A stretch of DNA of 63,927 nt, the filler included, from Octopus bimaculoides (taxonomy: Eukaryota): assembly GCF_001194135.2 (NCBI RefSeq). It is 5 parts of 3 records of this genome, joined end to end, with 100 filler letters (N's around TTAATTAATTAA, not from the genome) between each part and the next. Parts side by side here need not be neighbours in the genome. Positions count along the whole stretch, not along the records: positions 50,157 to 62,778 come from NC_068994.1; positions 62,879 to 63,927 come from NW_026366723.1; 3 more parts are not named here. One strand, written 5' to 3'. Shown here piece after piece: positions 55,322-63,927 of the stretch (its first letter is position 1; the number at the start of each line of letters is the position of its first letter). The position numbers and the translations under genes were made by a program. The notes under the pieces were generated by a model. It did no database searches and had not been told where the DNA came from. It saw only the letters and a list, made by a program, of their open reading frames with translations.

Positions 55322-55777
55322 GGAGAATATGATAACATAGGGAGGAGAGGCCATCAAACGTGGGTTGTCGGGTGTTATGACACCACTATAAAGAAAGGAT
55401 TTTTACAGCGCATACCCGACAGAAGTACAGCAACCCTGGAAACTGTGATAATAGAAAATGTGTTGCCCGGTACTGTAATTCATACCAATAAATGGACCAG
55501 CTATAGAAATTTACAGCAACTTGGCAATATTCACTGAACGGTAAACCATTTACAGAACTTTGTTGACTCTGAGATTGGTGCTTGCACAAACAGCATTGAG
55601 GCCTATTGGTCCTGAATCAAAAGACGGTTGAAGTATGTCACTGGATCATCAGGCAATATGAAATGGTCTTGCGTTGACGAATCTATGCATCGAGAAATCT
55701 ATGGATTTACAGTGAAGAAAAATTTCCATAATTTCTATACATTTCTCAAACACATTGCTGAAGTTTATCCCCACTAA
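55322..55777 (+). pseudogene. Merlin (IS1595/ISXO2-like) DDE transposase C-terminal fragment
   Basis: One frame, missed by the ORF track: GRRGHQTWVVGCYDTTIKKGFLQRIPDRSTATLETVIIENVLPGTVIHTNKWTSYRNLQQLGNIH*TVNHLQNFVDSEIGACTNSIEAYWS*IKRRLK. It matches the Merlin signature WVFG...DRS..TL..II...I.PGT.I.TD.W..Y..L....H..VNH..NFVD...G.HTN.IE..W. Two in-frame stops, and IHTD is mutated to IHTN. Confidence 0.9.
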
Positions 55778-56669
55778 ATTCCACCAGTGTACATGGCGGA
55801 GGTTTCAGTTGTAAAAAAAAAAATAGGAAAAAAGAACACTTTAATTTTACTTTGTCACAGTATTTCTTTACTATTTTTACTTTTCTTTTTTCAAAAGAGT
55901 TTGCTGTTATTTCTGCACTCATAATTTTTGTAACTTTTAAATTCTTTCATAAATCTAAGTGTAAGCTCACCCCCATGAATAGCACCCACATACAAACCCC
56001 TATGATCATTAATACATACTCCTTCTATATCTCTATAACTCTTATTACTACCTTATGTCTCACTCATTTCTATCTATCATACCTCCTCACACTGTGAGAT
56101 AAATATTAATTCTTTAATTTATCCTTAATTTATTTTTAAACCATAACCCAATAAATCCCCTAATATAAACTCCCTAACTCTAACTCCCACTCATAAATAA
56201 TTTAACATTCAACTAGCTCTTCCTTTCTCGACCACCTACATACCCACAACCCCATTGCTAAAAATAACTCTACAGCCACTGACCTTAGCCAGAATGGTCA
56301 TTGGCAATTACTACTAAATTTCCACCCCAACAACTTAAACTTTGAGACTACCAGACTTCTACTACTCTTTTTAAATTCCTTCCATTTTGCTCTATTTTTT
56401 TACCCTATCTTCCTCTACCTCTTCATCCTTTCTCTTATCTTCTCGGCTACCCCTCTACACAATTCTTAGACACCATACACCTATGCACCTTACTTTATCC
56501 TATATCCACTCCTAAACATCCCCCTACCTCACTCTATCTACCTCTCTTTCTATTTATTTTCTTTTTTACTTTTACCAATTAATAACCACCTCTGCTAACA
56601 TTCTATTATTAACATTGATATGTTCACATCTTTTTCTTGGAATGTCTACTATATCAGGACTTTAACTAG

Positions 56670-56739
56670 CATGGATATACACAGGACTGCACATAAGGAC
56701 TTACACTCATGGATCTACACAGGATTGCACCTAAGGACT
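56670..56739. repeat. 38-bp-period diverged tandem duplication
   Basis: CATGGATATACACAGGACTGCACATAAGGACT and CATGGATCTACACAGGATTGCACCTAAGGACT. Confidence 0.85.
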
Positions 56740-56964
56740 CATGCTCTGGTGTTTATAACTTTGGAAAGTTGAACTATGGACTTTTATGCTTCTTTTTCTT
56801 CTCTCTTTCCATCTCCTTATTCTTTTACTCCCTTCCTCTATGTTGTCTTCTTATCGATATATACCAATCTCATTTCCCTTATTTTTTTTCCTTATTTATC
56901 TCTGATGATAGAATATCCCATGCTCGGGGATATCCCAGAAACAGCTGTAAGATTTTGAATTTCT

Positions 56965-57052
56965 TAGATTGGAGCCTGGTGTAGCCATCCGGTTGCACCA
57001 GTCCTCAGTCAAATCGTCCAACCCATGCTAGCATGGAAAGCGGACGTTAAAC

Positions 57053-57082
<30 letters not shown>
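56965..57082 (+). mobile_element. 3' end of an RTE-type LINE or RTE-mobilised SINE (family D) with a (GAT)n tail
   Basis: CGTCCAACCCATGCTAGCATGGAAAGCGGACGTTAAACGATGATGATG. A stem-loop followed by a trinucleotide tail is typical of RTE 3' ends. A degraded copy lies near 62620-62655. Confidence 0.7.
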
Positions 57083-57083
<1 letters not shown>

Positions 57084-57593
57084 TTTTTAATGAGCGTAAA
57101 ATCAACGAATATTAACGGCATAAAGCATTCGATACTACTGTAGAATTTAACATTAGAATTTATTTACTGTCTTCGATATTGTTCTGATTTTGTGACTTAA
57201 TGCAGATACATGCAACTACTTAAATATGATTCTGTTCAATGAAAGAAATTGGTTTAAAAGAATGGGTTAGATTCAAGGACGTTAATAAGCTTTATAATGC
57301 CCCAAGGTCAATATTTTATAAGGGATGAAAGAGTAGGGTGATAAACCCGGGTTTTAGTGATATTACAGGGTATGTGGTTGAAGGGAAAATGTTAGAGATC
57401 TGCCAGAGGTAATAAATTAGGGTTAACCGGTAGGGAGTATGACAGGTAGTGAGGGCTAGCCAATAATACCAATATTATCTGGGCTTCGAAACAAAGTCAG
57501 GGACATATCTCCACGCACCCGCGCCACAATCTCATACCAATGGATATATGTAGATATACATACATACTTTCATATCAGTTCAATTTGGATATT

Positions 57594-57991
57594 CTCTTCT
57601 ACTCTAGTCACAAGGCCCGAAATTTTTGGGGAGGGGGCCAGTCGATTAGGTCGACCCCAGTATGCAACTGGTACTAAATTTATCGATCCTGAAAGAATGA
57701 AAGCTAAAGTTGACCACAGCGGAATTTGAACTCAGAATGTAAAGATAGACGAAATACCTATTTCTTTATTGCCCACAAGGGGCTACACACAGAGGGGACA
57801 AACAAGGACAGACAAGCGGATTAAGTCGATTACATCGACCCCAGTGCGTAACTGGTACTTAATTTATCGACCCCGAAAGGATGAAAGGCAAAGTCGACCT
57901 CGGCGGAATTTGAACTCAGAACGTAACGGCAGACGAAATACCGCTAAGCATTTCGCCCGGCGTGCTAACGTTTCTGCCAGCTCACCGCCTT
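57594..57991 (-). mobile_element. SINE family A dimer: full-length tail-2 copy plus truncated tail-1 copy within one 16-bp TSD
   Basis: 57760-57991 is full length. 57594-57759 lacks its 5' head. GTTCAATTTGGATATT occurs at 57578-57593 and 57992-58007. Confidence 0.9.
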
Positions 57992-58261
57992 GTTCAATTT
58001 GGATATTACTAACCAAGTTGTTTACTTTACAAAGCCCATCTACAGGTATCGGCTTTAGCACACAATTTTACAACGAAAATCGATCTTATTGCTGAAGGTA
58101 CATCTGGAAATTCGTGAATATTCGTAGAGTATATATTAAAATATTAACAAAAGTAAATGGATTGAGCAAAATGCTTTATTACATACTACTACAATCGTTT
58201 CATCGCCACTTTATGAAAAGATCATTGCCGAAATATTATTGTATGATATATGAAACACTTC

Positions 58262-58937
58262 CTGGGTCGGTCCTAGGGATTTTTTTCCCCACGAGAGTTC
58301 CGGACTCCAGCAATGAACTCATTTGCATACAGCCAATCAAAGCTCACCTTGACCTTGTTGTCAAGTTAACAAACATACTCTACCAAGTAAACTCAAGAAG
58401 AATGGTTTGTAAGTCGACCGATTGTCAAGTTATGCCTGATTTTAGAAGGAGACAAGTAATAAGATAGATTTGCATCTATACCTATTATCGGAATTTGTTT
58501 GGGCCCCATATGGTAAAGATGTGGATGGGAAAAATGTGGGCAGAGGGTGGTGTGCTAGCAACTCTTTCCCCTTACTGTTTTACAAAGTAAACCAGAACAC
58601 AAATAACTACGCAGAGGCAGCCATGGTTGAAACAAGAACAACAGGCATTTTTAAAAGTGAAAAGAAGCATGGTCATTCCTTACCCAAGTTGCCTTATCTT
58701 ATCGCCCATCACTTGTTATGCGCTCATAAGTTAGTTTGACAGTTGAGTTCTGATTGGCTGTATGCAAATGAATTCATAACTGGAGTCCGAAACTCTCGTG
58801 GGAAAAAAATTTCGCCCCGGACAAGCTGAACTTCGGCGTGTACAAGCTGACGGTCGTGGAAATTTCCTTGTCTTTGTCCCGCCCTCCTTGGCGCCCCGGG
58901 CGACTGCCTGAGTTGCCGGTACCTTGAGCCGGCCCTG
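58262..58937. mobile_element. hAT-type non-autonomous element with a long internal inverted repeat
   Basis: The reverse complement of the right end is CAGGGCCGGCTCAAGG; the left end is CTGGGTCGGTCCTAGG (11/16). Flanks are AACACTTC and AATACTAC (6/8). Internal IR arms lie near 58279-58345 and 58744-58810. Confidence 0.6.
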
Positions 58938-59283
58938 AATACTACAGACGCACAGTCCGAACTCAAAAGAACTTGCATATATATAAATGCAACATGAGAT
59001 TACTTTAAAAGTCTACGGCATAATCTTGCTAAATCATTTCAAAGTCAAAACAAAAGGCACAATACATCTCACGTCAACTTAATATGGAGTCTCACAGAAG
59101 AGAAAGTACAATACAACATCTGGTCAGTGATAAAAACTGCGCACCCTTACGATGCAAACTCCAGATTATGCAATCTTTGCTTAAAGGAGACACTGTGTAC
59201 CTTACTATACACGGACGAATAGATTAACAAGCACTCTGAGATCATTGTGAAGTGTAACCGCAGGTTTAGAAAATCTTTCAAAT
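58938..59283 (+). pseudogene. Penelope-like element GIY-YIG endonuclease C-terminal fragment (lineage distinct from 27556)
   Basis: One frame: IYINAT*DYFKSLRHNLAKSFQSQNKRHNTSHVNLIWSLTEEKVQYNIWSVIKTAHPYDANSRLCNLCLKETLCTL...INKHSEIIVKCNR. It matches the PLE tail pattern YIG.T...FK.R..NH..SF...IW.L......W.I...A.PY.....CNLCL.E...N...E...KC.H. Two stops. Confidence 0.8.
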
Positions 59284-59397
59284 AATACAGGAAAAATATT
59301 TAATATCTAACTGATTTATTGAACAGGTGTGCGCATATCTACCTTAGTATTTCTGTAAAGACGTGAATATATAAATGCACGCATACGCAAATTTATT

Positions 59398-60616
59398 TTA
59401 ATATGGGGTTGGACCGCCTTTGGCAGTAATTACAGCTTGAATTCTACGAGGTATGGACTCGTACAAAGTTTGAATTGTTTCCAAAGGAATTTTTGTCCAT
59501 TCTTCAGCTAAAATAGTCTCCAGTTCTTGTAGTGATGATGGTGGAAGATATCGACTCCTTACCTGTTTTTCTAAAATGCACCATAAATGTTCAATAATAT
59601 TGAGATCCGGGGACTGTGGTGGCCAGATAAGATGTTCAACTTCACTAGAATGTTCCTCGTGTCATTCAGTAACAACTTTAGCTGTGTGAATTGGTGCATT
59701 ATCACTCTGAAAGATTGCGTTTCCCTCCGGAAACAGTTCCGCAACCAAAGGATGAATCTGATCAGGTAAAATGCTTAAATAGTCATGACTATTAATTCTG
59801 CCATGAAGGGAAACCATTGGGCAGGCGGATTTCCAAGATATATCCCCTCAGATCATCACAGATCCTCCTCCATGTTTAACAGTTGGAAGAAGGCAGTCTG
59901 GGTCAAATACTTCTTTTGGCTGTCTCCACACGTATACTCGGCCGGTGGTCGGAAATAAGATAAAGGATGACTCGTCCGAGAAAATAACATTCTTCCACTG
60001 CTCTAGGGACCAATTCTGTAGGTTTTTACTCCACTCTAAACGCTGTGCAACGTTTGTTTTTGAAAGTAGTGGTTTTCTGATTGCTGCCCTCCCGTGACAT
60101 TAGGCTTTGTGCAGCTCCCGGCGAACAGTTTTCGTGGAAACTGGGTTCTGGGGGTGATCATTAAGCTCTGCAGTAATTTTGGGAACTGTACTTTTGTGAT
60201 CCTTTCTAACAATTCGCGTAAGAGTCCGACGGTCTCTATCTGAAAGTTTTGGTCTTCTTCCGGAGTTTTGTTTCGACGAGGAGGTTTTTCCCCTCTTTCT
60301 CAAAGGCTGTCATTACTTTCGAGACAGTACTTCTTGGTACACCAAACATTTTGGCTGTTTTCATTACGCTAGATCTTTTCAATACACCAACAATTTGATC
60401 TCTTTGAAAGTCCGATATATCTGTCATTTTAATGGATTTTAATTGCCTTTTTCTGATGATATCTGAAAAGAAACAACAATTTTAACAAAACATATTAAGC
60501 AACACTAATAATAAATCAAAAAACATAAGAATAAACAAGCTTTTGACGGTTTTATAGATATTTCAAAATTATGATGCTATGATGTTAGGTGTTTCCATTA
60601 TTTTGTCCAACCCCTG
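59398..60616 (-). mobile_element. Tc1-family (DD34E) DNA transposon with a decayed transposase at 59398-60427
   Basis: 5' TIR CAGGGGTTGGACAAAATAATGGAAACACC (60588-60616) with a TA flank (60617-60618). HTH segments KTAKMFGVPRSTVSKV and GRRPKLSDRDRR, catalytic motifs VIFSDES, FQSDNAPIH and WPPQSPDLNIIEHLW, and C-terminus RIQAVITAKGGPTPY*. Frameshifts present; the 3' TIR is absent. Confidence 0.95.
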
Positions 60617-61256
60617 TACCTGTATGTCTAAGTATACCGTATTATCTTTTAATTCTATGNNNNNNNNNNNNNNNNNNNNNNNNNNNNNNNNNNNNNNNNN
60701 NNNNNNNNNNNNNNNNNNNNNNNNNNNNNNNNNNNNNNNNNNNNNNNNNNNNNNNNNNNNNNNNNNNNNNNNNNNNNNNNNNNNNNNNNNNNNNNNNNNN
60801 NNNNNNNNNNNNNNNNNNNNNNNNNNNNNNNNNNNNNNNNNNNNNNNNNNNNNNNNNNNNNNNNNNNNNNNNNNNNNNNNNNNNNNNNNNNNNNNNNNNN
60901 NNNNNNNNNNNNNNNNNNNNNNNNNNNNNNNNNNNNNNNNNNNNNNNNNNNNNNNNNNNNNNNNNNNNNNNNNNNNNNNNNNNNNNNNNNNNNNNNNNNN
61001 NNNNNNNNNNNNNNNNNNNNNNNNNNNNNNNNNNNNNNNNNNNNNNNNNNNNNNNNNNNNNNNNNNNNNNNNNNNNNNNNNNNNNNNNNNNNNNNNNNNN
61101 NNNNNNNNNNNNNNNNNNNNNNNNNNNNNNNNNNNNNNNNNNNNNNNNNNNNNNNNNNNNNNNNNNNNNNNNNNNNNNNNNNNNNNNNNNNNNNNNNNNN
61201 NNNNNNNNNNNNNNNNNNNNNNNNNNNNNNNNNNNNNNNNNNNNNNNNNNNNNNNN

Positions 61257-61294
<38 letters not shown>

Positions 61295-61424
61295 GGAATT
61301 TACAAAAAAAAAAAAGACGCATTAGTTTAACGCCCGGGAAGGTGAGGAAGTCTTTTACGTTTCGAGCCTACGCTCTTCAACAGAAAGGAACGCGAGAAAA
61401 TAAACAAAGAGAGAATAAAAAACG
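61295..61424 (-). mobile_element. Penelope-type terminal repeat (family P1) with a hammerhead-like motif at 61349-61390
   Basis: The minus strand reads TTCCTTT CTGTTGA A GAGC(GTAG)GCTC GAA ACGT A AAAGAC, with an intact ACGT palindrome and a GUA site. Confidence 0.7.
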
Positions 61425-62269
61425 CTTTAGAGGCTAGCGGTCGATCATATCGATGATACACACACACACACACAAGGAAGTCAATTTGTAGACAGAACTT
61501 ACAAACCCTGTTTGAGCGTATAAATCTCCAGAAGAAAATAGCTTGAGTGAAACAACTTGAACCGCTTTAGGATAGCTTTTTCTAACGCATGACCGCTCAG
61601 TGGCGTGGTTGAGATCTCATTGATTAATAATAAAGGCTTATCGGCTGTATGTGGCCCATAGCGGTCATATGTGCGCATGCACGGCCGCACGCACAACGTT
61701 TTTCGAAAGAGGGAGAAATGTAAATAGTGTATTTAAATAGACGGAGCGCAAAAAATTTCAAATAAGTAATGTTGTTGGGAGAACGTACAAATATCGTGAC
61801 GACAAAGATATTTACGCTCGACAAAATTGAAATACACTGAAGTCAATTTTTAAGCAGATGTAAAAAAAAAAACTGAATTTAAATACATTGGGTGAACAAA
61901 AATTAGAAATAACTAAATTATTTTTCAGGGAGAACGCACAAAAACCGTAACAAGAGAGATTTTTAAGCAGGATTAGCTGAAATACACGGAAGTGAATTTG
62001 TACACAAAAGTTAGTATGTAAGTGAGTTAAAGAGAGCGAGAGAGAGTGAGAGGGAGAGAGAGTGAGAGTGAGAGAGAGTGAGAGAGAGTGAGAGGGAGAG
62101 AGGGAGAGGGAGAGAGAGTGAGAGGGAGAGAGAGTGAAAGAAATAGACAGAGACTAAAAGAAGTGAACTATTACAGAGGGTGAGAAAGAATGTGTGTGAG
62201 CAAAAGAAACAGAGAATGAGAAAAAGAGAGAGAAGAGAGAAATAAAGTGAGAGAGAAAAGGGAGAAAAT

Positions 62270-62560
62270 CGATTGAAAACTGCAGAACTTTTTAGAGAAA
62301 AGGCTGTTAAACAGCATTTTCCCCGGTTTCCCGCTTTTCGCGGGAGCTTTGGGCAAAATGTTATAGTGCATGACCATCCTTGGCATATAAGTAATGTGTG
62401 TGTAAAGTTTGGTGAAAATCAGTTGAAATGCATGCGTACTACAGACAGACAGACTCACACGGACACACACACATCATCTGTTTTATATATATATATATAC
62501 TAGCAGAAATACCCGGCGTTGCCAGGGTTAAAGAGAATAATGAAATCTAAAAACGCCGTC
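62270..62560 (+). mobile_element. Non-autonomous Helitron/Helentron-like element: 3' part of one unit followed by the 5' end of another
   Basis: AAGTTTGGTGAAAATC...(ACAG)n...TTTTATATATA resembles DINE-1/Lep1-type 3' regions. ACTAGCAGAAATACCCGGCGTTGCCAGGGT at 62499 resembles their 5' hairpin start. Confidence 0.5.
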
Positions 62561-63497
62561 TAGACTATGCAACCCTCAACTGTTGGTAGCTACGATACCA
62601 TATTTCTACATTAATAACTCTCCAATCCATGCCAGCATGGAACATAGACATTAAGTGGAATGCTAGAAGAAAGTTTTCAACTCATATGTATATAAAGTAA
62701 ATACACGTAATTCAGAAACACGTTTTGTGTATTTTATTTCGTAACCAAACAAACAGGTACAGATTATAAATAATGAAANNNNNNNNNNNNNNNNNNNNNN
62801 NNNNNNNNNNNNNNNNNNNNNNTTAATTAATTAANNNNNNNNNNNNNNNNNNNNNNNNNNNNNNNNNNNNNNNNNNNNCTTTCTATCTTTAGTCCTCTCC
62901 TTCTCTTCCTCATCCCATCACCCTTCCTTGTTTCAGTTTATCTATAGGTACATGTCTCCCCTTCCTCCTACTCTCACACCTAACTCACAAACAATGTTTA
63001 TATCCCAGAAACGAAATTTGGAAGGTTCATTCAGTGTCTTAACTACATGAACTGTTAAATGAGAATTTATTAAATCAGAGGTGAGATATAATTAATTTAC
63101 ATACATTACTTTGTTTTTATTCACAATAGTAAAACGTTTAACTCAATTACAACTGTGACCTAACTTCTACAGAGCGGGTTGAAGTTTTGATGGCAAACCT
63201 ACACAATTGGGACTCGATTCTGTTTCTGCACAAATAGATATTTTTAAATGAAATTTTCTATAAATATTCTTCAGATGGTGTAGATTCGGATCATATGGGA
63301 ATTTGTGAGAAAGTCTTTTTCTGTGGGTGGGAAGAAGAGGGCATTCCTACAGATGTGAACCCCACTTCTACTTTCTTGCCTCATAACTTACAGAAGGTTG
63401 TTTAAAGAAGGCCAGCAATTGCCCATGCATATCAGTTTACCCTTTTCATGCCACCAACGTTGTTCAAGGGAATACAGCTTTGGCACAAGTGATGTCG

Positions 63498-63645
63498 CAA
63501 CTCATTTCTACAGCTGAGCGAACTGGAGCAACGTGAAATAAAGTGTCTTGCTCAAGATCACAACACACAACCCACTCTGGGAATCAAACTCACAATGTCA
63601 TCACTGCGAGCCCGACGCTTTAACCAGTGAGCCATGTGCCTTCAC
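63498..63645 (-). mobile_element. SINE family C, head and CORE-like domain
   Basis: CAACTCATT...GAACTGGAGCAACGTGAAATAAAGTGTCTTGCTCAAGATCACAAC...GAGCCATGTGCCTTCAC matches the reverse complement of 13067-13205. Confidence 0.8.
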
Positions 63646-63927
63646 AATGTAGATATAAAACATCGCGTGTCTACATAAGTTAATGTACACATCATAATAG
63701 ATGCTTATCACAATGTCAACATACATTAATCTACACATATCCCATGTAAATATAGATTAGATGTGCCTCTTCTTCTAAACGTCCATGCCTCTTTGCAGAT
63801 CTTTCGTTAGTCCTTGTTTCATACATTGGGATAAATATAAAGCTTTCCTTTCATAAGTCCCAAGTTAAAATATACCTCACGCTGTAGATGTAGATTAATA
63901 TATACACATCACATGTATACATAGTTT

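Noticed and set aside
56158-56186. CCCTAACTCTAACTCC resembling (TTAGGG)n
   Set aside because: Only one exact unit, inside a C-rich tract; not an interstitial telomeric array.
55111-56739. Short repeat pairs (41 bp and 38 bp) as CRISPR-like arrays
   Set aside because: Only two directly adjacent units without spacers, in a eukaryotic context.
58922-58937. CAGGGCCGG terminus as the right TIR of the large hAT element at 52-54.7 kb
   Set aside because: It pairs better with the nearby left end at 58262, which has a degenerate 8-bp TSD, and no matching left TIR is visible upstream of 52222.

Overview
AT-rich eukaryotic genomic DNA from a draft assembly. Roughly 7 kb is N gaps by hand tally, most of them bordered by (TA)n or (CA)n. 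The repeat content looks like an octopus genome, probably Octopus bimaculoides; this is inferred from recognising the SINE families and the gap-linker style, not from a search. I cannot support any host protein-coding exon, so the window reads as intergenic or as part of a very large intron. Most ORFs in the supplied track are microsatellite or gap artefacts. Positions 1-50 kb are dominated by microsatellites and at least four SINE families. They also hold small hAT and piggyBac-type MITEs and decayed fragments of R4, RTE, Penelope-like and hAT elements. Positions 51-63 kb are a dense nest of transposon relics: a hAT transposase pseudogene, a Merlin transposase fragment, a SINE dimer, a hAT MITE inserted in a Penelope-like GIY-YIG ORF, a Tc1 element and a Helitron-like piece. 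The best leads are four hammerhead-ribozyme-like motifs with non-canonical cores on Penelope-type termini: CCGAUGA at 27.5 kb, inverted against a GIY-YIG fragment, and CUGUUGA in three copies of one family. Hammerheads in Penelope-like elements are an established class, so any novelty lies in these particular core variants and their mobilisation.
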